This document shows positions 17,063-30,130 of a DNA stretch of 64,000 nt, one piece after another. The notes beneath the pieces were generated by a model. That model saw nothing but the letters and a program-made list of their open reading frames with translations. It searched no databases and was not told the origin of the DNA. Location of the stretch: the NCBI GenBank assembly GCA_012295275.1, contig CM022666.1, positions 5,580,001-5,644,000 of the forward strand, given 5' to 3'. The translations under genes were made by a program, and so were the position numbers. This DNA comes from Chrysomallon squamiferum (taxonomy: Eukaryota; Animalia; Mollusca). Numbering within the stretch: position 1 is the stretch's first letter; each line of letters starts with the position of its first letter.

Positions 17063-17550
17063 AATAAATAAAAACATTAATATTATAACGGTTTTAAGGG
17101 TAAGGTGGCGAATCTAAGCTGCTCAACTTCAACAGAACAGAGTTGAGATAATAATAAACATTTTTATTTAATTTAACAATTTCTATATATTTGTAAACTG
17201 TATGTAATGTATGTGTTTGTGTATATACGGTGTCACAGATTTTCAGGTCGTCAACAGCTCCAATGTAGGAAGCAACAACATTTTCTTTGTATCTTCGTAC
17301 TAAAGAATAATATGCTAAAATGATCTGTGAGTATTCAAAGCCTGACAAACATCAAAAAAATCCCTTCACTGGTAATGTCTATTAAACAAAAGTATCAACA
17401 CATGTATAATCTAATAACAAAGTATATATGTCGATCACAACAATCACATAACGATTAATGCAGAAGAGCAAACAGATACATATCTACTTACACAGTGCGT
17501 TCAGTGGAAAGCGACCGTTCCACTCCAATTGTTCAACAGATTTTCCCTAA
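13870..17550 (+). repeat. Segmental duplication block, near-identical to 44628-48350; older copies at 6377-9700 and 31787-33730
   Basis: Long collinear identity by eye, starting aatgtgtgctgtattcagtgaa after a (GA)n tract. Confidence 0.9.
17226..17303 (-). pseudogene. Inverted THD fragment (also 9421-9497, 37055-37110, 37915-37972, 48028-48100)
   Basis: The reverse complement encodes VRRYKENVVASYIGAVDDLKICDTV versus VRRDKERFVASYIGAVYYLKANDTV; 26-nt exact match ttgttgcttcctacattggagctgtt. Confidence 0.8.
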
Positions 17551-18747
17551 CCAATCACAATTTTTAATTATGAAATATATTAGCAATGAAAGATAGATTA
17601 AACACATTTTGTCACAGTATTTTGTTAATGTTTTTTTTATTTTAGTGTTGATGGTTTTTAATGTTGATGTTCCATCCGATATCACGAAGAAATTCTGCCG
17701 CAGCATACACGAACCCTTCATAACAGATTTTGATACCACCCTTATTGCTATGAATAACTGCCATATTAAACATATTTCTTATACTAGAGCAAGCTGGAGA
17801 ATATATAATAAAACACATTTTAACATGGAACACTTTATAAATCGTTTACAATAGGAAGCTCTTAATTTAAATCTATCCTAATCAGCAAGCTGGACCCAAG
17901 CATCACCCCTGCACAATATGAAGACTCTTTCTTCAATCCTGCCTAACTATTAAGTGTAACAAGTCACCACCCCTGCACAGTATGAAACCTCTTTCTTTAA
18001 TCTAACCTAACTGACCTAATCAGTAAACTTAACAATTACTCCATGTAGACTATGATGCCACATTCAATACTCTATAAATTCATACATTTTTTATATACAA
18101 ACTATGACATTTTTCCAGCCACTGAATCGATTTATTCCCGATTCGGCCAGTGGGATTTATTTATTTATTTATTTATTTATGTATTTATTTATTTATGTAT
18201 TTATTTATTCGACAGACTGAATCAACAGTCATGATACAAGCGACATTTACAAACAGAAAATTCTTCTGTCACAGGGAGATATTTTTGAGACATTTTATAT
18301 TCCTGGCCCTGTAATAATAAACGGATGATTACAGATATTTATTCCGATTACGTGTAAGATGACAAATCCGGGCTGGAACTCTACGCTGTGTGATACACAG
18401 ACTACATTTTTTCCTTTTGTTGTTTATGGCTTAGTTGACACAGGAATAGAAGTTACGCTGTACTCTTTATTTAAGAATAACGACAAAAGCAGCCGCGACA
18501 ACAACAACAACTACCGCAACTGCCACAAGAACTACTACTATTACTACTTCTATTATAGCAATAACAACTATAATATGTAGCTTATTTATGAACAATACAA
18601 ACACACAAAAAAATACATATAATGACTTTGCTCGTTTTATTCATAGTATATTAAATGACTATACGAAATCTGTAGCGATAAATTAAATACAACAGAAGAA
18701 AATACATTAAGCAATAAATTTAAATAAAGCAGACGACATTTCCTCTT

Positions 18748-18907
18748 AGCCAATCAAAAATGATCGAGTGAGCTGGTAGAGAGAATATGATAAGATCTTT
18801 TCAAAGTCCGCTGGTATAAAAAGTCAACGAAGCCTGTCATACAGCGTTTCTGTCGTAGTCGTGCTTCACTCCATTGTGGAAACAGAGTCAGCTTAATTTA
18901 GGTAAGT
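18748..18907 (+). promoter_or_regulatory. Putative promoter + non-coding exon 1 of TNF ligand B
   Basis: AGCCAATCA (CCAAT 18750), TATAAAAA (18815), then about 60 nt ending at the consensus donor ttag|GTAAGT (18901/18902); the next strong acceptor of the gene is at 20572. Confidence 0.65.
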
Positions 18908-19264
18908 ACATGTTTTACTTATTGCATAGGTTATATATATTTATATAAAATTATAATTTCACTTATTGCATAGGTTATATATATTTATATAAAATTATAA
19001 TTTCATTTATTTCATAGGTTATCTATATTAATATAAAATTATAATTTCACTTATTTTATAGGTTATACTTATTTATATAAAATTATATTTTCAATTATTT
19101 CGTAGGCTATCTATATTAATACAAAAGTATAATTTTACTTATTTCATAGGTTATATATATTTATATAAAATTATAATTTCACTTACAATTTCACTATTTC
19201 ATTGTATAGTATTATGTGATATTATACGAACTTGAAAAAACTGAATATCGCGGTTAAGAAAGTC

Positions 19265-19450
19265 ACGGAATTCAAATTTGTTACTTCAATCAGAGCTCCG
19301 CTCCTTTTATTTTTAAGCGATGAATTCAGAATGCGTAACTTTAATTGTCACTTCAAATGACATCCGCTCTTTTATATTTAAGCTATGGAATTGAACTTGC
19401 GTAACTTTAATTATTACTACAATCACATCCGCTCCTTTTATTGTTTCCGC
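19265..19450. repeat. ~63-bp tandem triplication in intron 1 of copy B
   Basis: Recurrent cgtaactttaatt..acttcaaat.acatccgctc.ttttat..taagc. Confidence 0.7.
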
Positions 19451-20607
19451 TAAGTTTTCAACTCCATGGCGTTGTTATAAAAAGAGCTGCATTTTGGTAA
19501 TTATAGACGTGCTTCACAACAGCTAGCTCTGATTAGCACATTATTTTGTTTTTCATTCATTCATTCGGTAATTAAAGTACTGCTGACGTGTCAGAAAGCG
19601 TGCCTGTCGTAGACGTGCTTGCTCTGATTACCACGTTAATTTTATTCAAGGTTCCAGGTTCAAAGGTAATTAAAGAGAGACGTAAGCGAAGAAAACAGTC
19701 AAGACGAAATATCAGTCAGGCGGGGAAACCAATATTTTGTCTTCTTTCCCCGTATGACCTTTCTCGTATCATTAATCAGAATTACTTAAACGTATGTTTT
19801 ATGATTGTTTAATGTATTATTATCAAGTCACCTGTATATCATAATTAAATAATTAACGTGAACCTTAACTGGTGTTTTGGTTATTTCTCTATTGGATAAA
19901 TAGACTTATCGATTTATAGAGATTGCTGTCAGTTTAGCGTTTATATTCTTTGTTAGGTGGCCAGTAAAACACATTGTTACCCTAGACTGAGCTATAATAA
20001 AACATACAACGTGTTTAAAAATGTGAGCCACGTGACAGGAACATAAAAGTTGGGGCTATCGTCCGGGATTTTTCAAATAATTAATTTAGGGGCTCGTTTT
20101 CTAAAATTCTTATGGAATTATTTATTTAGATGTATTGAGTATTTTCTCAGTTTAATGACAGCTAATTTATGTTTATATCCACTTGAGAAAACACAACACA
20201 ACAAAATAATAACGATATTAAAATAAACAAGTCAAAACGGAGAAATTATTATGGATTAAGATACATTGAACAATGCTAGTGTAACGTTTATCAAAAGAGC
20301 CAAGAGGGCTGAGCTATTAGAATTGTAAATATTCATAACAAACATTTCAACTGCCCAGTGAAACAAGACAGAGCAAACCAGAGAAATTTTAACAGAGACT
20401 TTGTTTGGCGATTCTGTAGATAACGAGAGTGGGGGGAGTAACTCCGAGTGTGGCAGAATCAGTATAGGTGTGTGCATATTGAGACTGTGTACGGGTGCGT
20501 GTGTGTGTGTATTTATCTTGGTATTATTTATTACTAATAATTTTCTTTTCTTCTTTTCGTCATGTTTTACAGACTACTTCTGAAGGAAATAAAAGTTGTT
20601 ACACAAA

Positions 20608-20868
20608 ATGGTACCAATTCGTCCAGTCATTGGCATTCCTCTTATGGTACTAAGCTTCATACTCATCAGTTTCATTGTATCTGTAACATTAAAAGAATTT
20701 CTGAACAGAGAAACCAACTTGTTGTTTGACAAGGAACTGTGTGTGAAAATCTCGTGCAAACCAGGAGAAAACTGTTGTGATGACAAATCTACGACCAGAA
20801 CCAGGAACAATACCACGTATTGCTGTTACAGAGATGGAGAAAAAGTGATCAGTGAAATTATGAAAAAG
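20608..20868 (+). CDS. First coding exon (TM + Cys stalk) of TNF ligand B
   Basis: ATG in aaaATGg context; donor aaaaag|gtaaat. Confidence 0.85.
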
Positions 20869-21689
20869 GTAAATTCTGTATTTAATTCTAGAAACTTAAA
20901 AAATAATAATGTTTTCTGTAGATATGAAATTAAGAAACAGGTAAATTCTCTATAAGAATAATAAAAAGTTAAATTCATTATAAACGAAATTATAATATTA
21001 GAATTATGAAAAGGAGAAATTAATAGTGCTGAAACATATTTATAAATTTAAAACTGTTTATTGTGGACTAGTTTCAAATTGGTTATTAACATTCTTTTTA
21101 GAAACTGAGTGAAAGTCATACAAAAGCTGAGAAAAGTGGTAAGTTAACACAGACACATATACACACACACAGAAACACGTAAAAAGACAAAGTCGCTGAA
21201 ACACAGACACACACAAACAGAAACACTCATGCACACATTATTAAACATCAACACAAAATGTTGTAATTATGTATTTGTATGTACGTGCATATTTGTGTAC
21301 AGTATATGTATGTAAACATGTACAAGTGTATATTCATGTGTGTGTGTGAGTGCATGTTTCAGAACCAAAACTAAAGCAGATCAGAGATGTCGCTCATGTT
21401 TTGAATTTAGATAATTAAAACAATATGTACGACTCTATGTATGTATGAATCTATATATTTATATATATTTCAGAACAAAAACTGAAACAGATCAGAGAGG
21501 TCGCTAATCGTCTGAATAATGAAAACAATGTGAAGACATCAGCTCATCTACAAATGGAAGTGAATGCAACATATGACAAAGGTAAGAAAACAAATAGTAG
21601 TAGCTAGAGTAGTAGTTGTACTAGAGTAGTAGTAGCAGTAGTAGAGTACTAGTAATAGTAGAGTAGTAGTAGTACTAGAGTACTAGTAA

Positions 21690-21745
<56 letters not shown>

Positions 21746-22081
21746 TTTTAGTAGGTGAGTAATAAATGTGGTAGTAAAAGTAATAGTAGATTTCAGAAAC
21801 ATGACACTTATAAAATAGAGTACAGAGATAAGTAGTAGTACAGAAATAAGATTAAACTTGAGAGTAGTAGTAGCAGATTAAACAGAAAGTAGATAATACT
21901 ATACTAGAGTACTAGTAATATTCATAAAATAAATAAATAAATAAATAAGCAAGTTGGACACCAAGCAAGACACACAAACATTGTTTATTTAGTTGTTTAA
22001 TTTGTTTTCAGTGCTCACGTTACGGTTTAGAAATGTTTTCTAACAACTTTACTAGATAAGTACGTAATCATACACACATTA

Positions 22082-22135
<54 letters not shown>

Positions 22136-22199
22136 TATTTAGTTGTTTAATTTGTTTTCAGTGCTCACGTTACGGTTTAGAAATGTTTTTTCTAACAAC

Positions 22200-22240
<41 letters not shown>

Positions 22241-23755
22241 TTATTATTATTATCATCATCATCATCATCATTATTATTTTGACTGGGAGGGCATTTGTCC
22301 GTATCTAATTTCAATTTCTTTCAGTGTTTTGTTTTTTTAATTCTTTTTTATTTATTATTTATTGACTTATTTTACTTTTATTGTTCAGTTAATTTTGTGG
22401 GAGTTTTGCCTAAAGTGTTTCTCTTTATTTCTTAAATTTAATTTTGACTGTGAATATAATAACATATTTACTTTCTTCCTACTACTGTGTCCGTTTGTTT
22501 ATTACACCTTAATGTGTTTCAGTAGATTAGATGGAACATTTTTATTTTATTAAATAGTCCTATTTTATTTAATTATAACAAATCTTACAGACGAGAGAAG
22601 TCAAAGTAATTTTAAATATTTATTTCATATCAGTTTTAATTTTGAAATACAGTACTATTATAATTTTATTCAACATTGTTGATAATCAACCGAATATCTT
22701 TACTGTCTTGAACCTGAAATCAGCTTTCTGAAAAGTGACTGTCATTTTCGCCAAGTTACAATGATAATGTATTCAGCTGAACCAGTGAGATAGAACAAAC
22801 TGCTCTTAGTACATAAACAAGATTAAACTTGAGAGAATAGCGTGTTAGGCACATTACTTTTATTCCGTATATCGGCTCGTCTACAAATGGATGTCACAGC
22901 AACATATGACAAAAGTAAGAAAACAAATAGTAGAGGCAGGGTTAGCAGCAGTAGTAGTAGAAGTAGTAGTAGTAGTAGTAGATTACTCGTAATAGTAGTA
23001 GTAGAGCAGTAGTAGTAGTAGTAGAGTAGTAGTATTAGAAGCAGAGTAATTGTACTGTGTTAAAAGAGGTAATTTGATAATAAATATGGTAGTAGTAAAA
23101 TAGAAGTAAAAGTAGTAGTTGGTCTGGTAAAAGTAGTTGTAGTAGTAATCACATAGTTATTAGTAGTGGTTAGGAAATAATAGAAGAAATTGTGGTAACA
23201 ATAGTATTAGCACGTTAATAGTAAAAATATCAATGATGATACTAAAGTAGTCAATAGCAGGAGTTTGTAGTAGTTATAGAAATATATTAGTAATATTAAC
23301 TACAACTGTTGACAATTTAAAATAAAAATATTATTTAAAAGTCATTTATTCTTACAAACTTTTCAGACACACCGAAGCCTCTCATCAAATGGACGTCGTC
23401 TGGTAAAAGATCGTTTGTGAAAGGAGCTGCTGCTGTTGTCGCTGACGGGATTCAAGTCAAACACGCTGCTTACTACTTCATATACAGCAACGTTTTATTC
23501 CATGACAACCAAATCAGACACCTTGAATACCCTAGACTGTGTCACTCAATTGAAAAATATCCAAATTATGAAGTCCTCTACAGAAATCCTCAAACAACAT
23601 GCAAAGTACGAAGAGACAAGGAACGTTTTGTTGCTTCCTACATTGGAGCTGTTTACTACCTGAAAGCCAACGACACTGTAGTGGTGAGAACATCAGTTGT
23701 GAAGAACATTTTGAGAGATCCTGAGACAACCTACTTTGGCCTGTATATGCTTTGA
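20608..23755 (+). CDS. TNF-superfamily ligand copy B, complete; join(20608..20868,21102..21138,21474..21581,23367..23755), 264 aa type II membrane protein
   Basis: 261+37+108+389=795 nt, in frame, all GT-AG. The hydrophobic VIGIPLMVLSFILISFIVSVTL follows a very short N-terminus, then a Cys-rich stalk and the THD. An acceptor at 20572 upstream of the ATG implies a non-coding first exon. Confidence 0.92.
22875..22925 (+). pseudogene. Stray 3' half of the 108-nt exon with donor, inside the last intron of copy B
   Basis: tcggctcgtctacaaatggatgtcacagcaacatatgacaaaa|gtaagaaaacaaatag, followed by a second (AGT)n intron start. Confidence 0.8.
23367..23755 (+). CDS. Terminal THD exon of TNF ligand B
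   Basis: cttttcag acceptor; open reading frame with THD motifs to TGA. Confidence 0.92.
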
Positions 23756-26497
23756 GAGGCCTGAATTATAATTGGGAATATATAATTTTTTCATGCTGTT
23801 TGTGTTGTAGTTTTTTTTTTTTTTTTTTTGGGGGGGGTGTGTTTCTTTAGATTAATGTTTCTCAGAAGTAACAAATAAGATTGTTGAAGAACTGAGCTTT
23901 TCACCCAGGCTGTAAATTGTTCGTCAAAATCAACAGACTAAGCGGACCGGATGGGAACATTGCTCATCATACAAAAAAAACCTTCATTTTTCATTAATCA
24001 ACAATTTTTACTACAGAAAAACATACGAGTAAGACCTGCTTTGGAGACAGGGAATTTTTTCTCTGTGTTCGGTAAAAAGACATTTTCTATAATAAAAAAA
24101 TGTTGGAGTCGTGGTTTATTATTATCACTGATATCAACATGACTGGAACCGCTGCTGGCTTGTACTTTATGAAGAAATTAGGACAAAACACCCATAGAAA
24201 TGAATACTTGAAAAACTTGATGTATTCAGTATGAACATCTATGTATTTTCTTTAAATAGCAGACATTCATGACAAATAAATAATTTCAAATACTCAAATA
24301 TAATAATATCAGTTTCTAATTTATTCATCTGATTTTATGAGATAAATAAATAAATAAGAATGAGCGATCAGTTGACAAAACCATGCTGTTTGTCCAGGAC
24401 AGATTTGTATCACTGGAACCCGAGAGTCATGAATACTAACAAGTAATAGATAGTTTTGTGTTACCTGCCTCCAATAACAATATTACAAAATATATTTACA
24501 ACATATACACACAGACACATATACATACATATATTTATTATTTAAAACGTTTTTTATACTGTAATAACATTATTTGGATAGTTGCCAGTGTTTTGAATAA
24601 CAAAATATTAACAGTATTTTGTTGGCTTGTTTCCAACTCCTTGAACATTTACGAGAAGTAATGAATATTAATTTAGTTCGGGGACTGGGCTTTCCACCCA
24701 AGCTATAAATAGTTGTCACGTCACTAGTTGTCACGTCAACCGTATTACTATTAGACGGTTTTAGAAAGTATGAATGCATTATTATTTTTAAGAATAAATA
24801 AATCTGCTCTTGTGGTTGTTGTTGTTATTGTTGTTGAAAATAAATATAAACACCGATACTTTTTTAATTTTTATTATTATTAATTTTTAGGTGTGTTCAT
24901 TAACAAAGCAGTAACTAGGTCACGAACGCCGTTTGCAAGACAGTGCACCCATTCATAAGACTGTTTTAAAAATGTGTGTGTGTGTGTTTGTGTGTTTCTG
25001 AAGATTAAGGTTTCTGAGAATAAATAACATTCTTCTAGAAGTGAGTTTTCCATCCAGGCTATAAATTGTACGTCATAATCAGAAATAAATAAAGATTGTA
25101 AAACAACAAGAAAAAAAAAAGAAAAAAAATCAAAGGCAAAAATATAATTAATTAAAAAGAACGGTAAAAAATAAATAAGCACGATAGTATGATAGTAAGT
25201 GATATACTTGTCGTAAGAGCTTTTTTTTTTCTGTTGTTGTCTGTATTATTCCAGCTGACCTCTGCTCTGAATAATGTGATACAGTTAACTTCAAAGATCA
25301 ATTAAACTGACATAAAAGTATGTACGTGTGTATAAAATGAATTTGTAGATATTCCACAATGAACATTTACCCATCTTAATTGATTTTATCCAATCAGTTG
25401 AATAACTTTACATATTAACATTTTCCACGGCGTCACTGACAGTCACTGATATTTTTGTAAATTCGCCACAGTGTTTTCAAGGACCTTAAAAGTTTTGGAA
25501 AATTATGTCCAAGCCGTAAATAAAATGTATGAAAAACTGGTTTGTCTCACTAATATTTAGGCCCGACCTAACGCCCTGTTTTAGCCAATATAGCGTAGCC
25601 AACGAAAATGGTTCCGTTTTCAGGCTGTCTGAGCAAACCCATAAGGAGTAGTATTTCGGGCATTTTAAAGTTATGGAAATAAGAAGAAAGTAACACGAAA
25701 ACTTTTTGTGAAGCAATATTTCTGTAGTCATGTCCACTCCAAGAACAAAAGCTGTCCCAAAACTAATCCTACATCTGCAGTTATTTGTAAAGAGGCATGC
25801 GCGGAGATGTGACAGGAAGTTATTAATTAACATAATTTATATATATAATCATGCATTTCATCAGACGTTGTTCTCTGCTTTTTAAATAAGAATTTTTTTA
25901 ATAATTTCAGTTTTTATTATCTCTGAAGTGTCAAGAACGTTGTATTTACGTTTATATGAGATGGAAATATCACCAACGTAGAATGAAATTTACACACTGC
26001 TGTCAAAAATACGTGATTGGTTACAGGATTTGCTTGGCTGGTCCTAATGTAGTAAATATTATGTAAATTATTATACTACTCGTAGTTTATTAATATGATT
26101 ACTGTGTTTTTTAATTTAACGACGTCACTAAATACATTTTTAATCAACCGTTATATGACTAAATATTTACTGTTAAAGACCACATAGATATATATCGTAA
26201 GATAAAATTCTACTCCGGAAAACAACGCACGCTACTCTGTTTTGAAAAAAAGCCAGGAATAATTCATATATATATATATATATATAATTGCATAGCTTAA
26301 TCTACATAATATTTATGTATATAATAAATAAATAAACAGTACAACAAAAATAACTTTTTAATAACTAAATGGAAAATAAAATATATTGCAGTCATTTGTC
26401 TGATTATCACACATCTTTCCTCCAAACGGTTTCTTCATAGGAAAAGTTTCGAAAACTAACAGACGGATAGAGTTCTCTGAAAAAAAGAAATAAAAAT

Positions 26498-26566
<69 letters not shown>

Positions 26567-26802
26567 AAGAAGAAAGGAATAGTAGTGATGATAATGAATA
26601 CTCAGTATATATCGTTGGAGCTACTAAGAAAATTCGATTAAATGAAATACAAATATTAAACGTATTTTAAAATATTGGTAATTATTTTTATTTTTATCTC
26701 TTTCTCTGCCCATCCAGTCTTTCCCCAGTTCCGTTGTTTCTCTGTATAATCTATGTAAATTGTCTCCCTTTATTAGTACTCTCTCTCTCTCTCTCTCTCT
26801 AG

Positions 26803-26895
<93 letters not shown>

Positions 26896-27220
26896 CGTGT
26901 GTTGTTTATTTTATTTTACATTATTCTTGCAGTTTTATGCAGTTTTATAAAGAAACAATTTATTATTAAGAATAACGATATAATTTACACATAAATTATC
27001 AGAGCATTCATCGTAAAAAAAAACAGTAGTATATGATACCACTGCCCGGTCACAGCTCATTCTCTTTATGGACATATAATAAATTGTGATTAAACAACAA
27101 TTACACATTCCACCAGCAGTAGATACCAATGTCTATAACTAACACAACTGTTCCTGAAACTATTCCAATAGTTACGTAAAAAAACCTCTGAAATAAACAG
27201 CAACAAATCATATAAATAGA

Positions 27221-27271
<51 letters not shown>

Positions 27272-27645
27272 CAGCAAAATTATTAAATAAAAATATGATC
27301 TTAAAAACTTAAGATTTTCTCTGTTTTCCAGATTGAAAACTTTTCGTTTCTTTCTCGTACTCTGTACTATGACTCTGTGTCTCACTCAAACGCACGTACG
27401 CACACACACACACATCGAACAGTGAATACCTTTCTTCGCCTTTTACTTATTTATGTATTTACTTATTTATTTATGTATTTATAGTGCACTAAATCAGCTG
27501 TAGAGTATTTATAATTATAGTCAATTCTGTTACAATTAGTAGTATCTCTCTGAAATACTCTTTACATTATCCTGTTGAAAACTAATCTTTGTTTTCTCGT
27601 TGTATTAAATATTTCTCAGGTATTCTCGACTTTTGTACGTTTGAG

Positions 27646-27740
<95 letters not shown>

Positions 27741-27818
27741 ATATTGAGAAGATTTATTTGCATACATTATCACACACACAGTATTTCTATAATACAAACT
27801 AGTGAATCATCTTGACAG

Positions 27819-28653
27819 CTGATGATGAAGGTAACGATGACGTATTTAGAGAGAAAACTGAAAACCTAAAACTCTGTTTGAAGATATTGGACTAGGTGTT
27901 AAGAATTTCTGTATTCAGGTGAGCATTAAGTTTACCTGTCTCTGCACAGGTGTGTGAAATTTTGGGTACTGGTTTGGAATGTGTTAATGTATGTTTGTGA
28001 GTATGTCTATGCATGTGTGAGTGTACATGCATATGCACATCGTGTTTGTGTGCATGTTTCTGTGTGTGGTATGTGTCTATACATGTGTGTTTTGTATGTA
28101 ATGGTAGGTATGTGTATGCCTGTCTCTATGTGTTTACATGTTTGTGTTTGATAGATAATTCTGTACTAGGTAGGTTAATCGTGGCGAATACTCGTTTTTA
28201 TTGATGTAGTACAACAGACGTCTGTATTACGTGTATTTGTGTGTGTGTTTATATATGTATATTAGTGTATATCAGTGCAGAAGTCTAGACAGAGAATATT
28301 AAGGAAGATAACTCTTTCGTACTTAAGGACCATTTTCTCAAATAATGATCGTTGTTGTTGTTGTTATTGTGATATCTTTGTCATCATTATTATTTATATT
28401 TTTAAGGATTTTACCGCTATTGTTGTTGTTATTATTATTGTTATTATAATTATTGTTGTTTATGACATTTTTTGGCAGTTAATATTTTGTTTCAATTTTT
28501 ATTTTTCATCCAGGTAGTCCAAACACTTTTTATACCAAATGCAGTTAACACTGTAGTTGTGTGTCTCCTTTTGCTTATTATTATTATTATTATTATTATT
28601 ATAATTATTATTATACTTATTATTATTATTTTTATTATTATTATACTTATTAC

Positions 28654-28715
<62 letters not shown>

Positions 28716-29848
28716 TTCTATTATTATTATATCCATTGTTTATTATTATTATTATTATTTATGTATGTATGTATATATATGTATGTATGAGAGTGTATAT
28801 ATATATATATATATATATTTCTGGTTGATATGTGTATCCATGTTTATATGTCCGTGTCTATTAATAAATGAGTATTAGTGTAAGCTTGTTGTGCATATAT
28901 ATATATATATACTAAGGAAGATAACTCTTTAATAATCAAGGACCTTTATCTCAAAAAATGCTGGTTGTTGTTAATGTAATATCATTATTAGAATTATTTT
29001 TACTGTTATTGTTATTGCTGTTGTTACTGATAACTATTGTGATTGTAATTATTGTTGTTGATAACATTTTTTGGTAGTTAATATTTTGTTTTAATTTTAT
29101 TTTTCATCCAGGTATTCCAAACACTTTTTATCCCAAATGCAGTTGTCACGGTAGTCTCCTTGTTCATGGCAGAATACACGTGTCAGAAGTCGTGCTTAGC
29201 TAGCAAAGTTTAAACAGACTGGGTCTCCATTACGATTTAATAAGTGGTATCTTTTTTAGATGTAACTGGAAAAAGGACAAAAGTTGCAGAATGACGTAAT
29301 TTGAACATCCAGGAATACGGTATTATTCCAGTACAGTACATACCATGTAATTTATACATTCTAATATACAATATTAAAGATTATATAATAGGGTACAGTA
29401 CATACCATGTAATTTACATATCCAGGGATACCGTATTAAAGATTAATAGAGTGCAGTAGATATCATGTAACTTATATACCAAGTGATACAGTATTATTCC
29501 AGTACGGTAACCTTAAAGATCGTTACAATACACTATGTATCCTGTAATATTAAATATTCAGTATTGCAAATACAATGTATTCAGTGTATGATATTATAAA
29601 ACTGACATACTGTGATGTAAAATATACAGTGTATTTGAATATATATATTTTTAAATTTCAGAACGGATTCATAGACCTCCAAGCTGAAATGATCAACAGT
29701 CGACTTGTTTCTCATGCAGAACAAATAAACACAGTGGAACTTCCTTTGTACCAGAGCTGGATGGCAGCGTATTTAGAACGTCATGAACGTGCACTGCAAC
29801 TACACCAGCAGCAGCTGACAACACTGCAGTTTGTACACAATGAGACAT
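27819..29848 (+). pseudogene. OC-STAMP/DC-STAMP-like fragments (copy 2): 27819-27918, 28514-~28575, 29112-~29238, 29662-~29848
   Basis: Direct nucleotide similarity to copy 1; 1-nt frameshift in the first exon, truncated and deleted TM exons, last exon truncated after HNET. Confidence 0.6.
28576..28760. repeat. (ATT)n microsatellite; similar tracts at 22082-22250, 29894-29958, 59019-59100
   Basis: Direct reading. Confidence 0.95.
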
Positions 29849-29892
29849 TCAGATTATTCTGCTCAGTTTTAAATAAATTGATGTTTGTTATG

Positions 29893-29958
<66 letters not shown>

Positions 29959-30090
29959 GTTGTTAATGTTGCTGTTGCTGCTGTTGTTTGTATTAATTTA
30001 TTCATTCATTTATTTATTTATTTGGTTTCTGATCATTATAGTTACTTTAGTGTTATCATTATGAGTTAAATTGTTGATTTGTTAAATTAA

Positions 30091-30130
<40 letters not shown>

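Larger units (their letters stand above)
23100..29240 (+). repeat. Segmental duplication block collinear with ~51760-57400 (offset ~28.6 kb) and partly with 1100-6250
   Basis: Same order of THD exon, 3' flank, R2 relic, minus-strand TM exon and STAMP-like exons. Confidence 0.85.
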
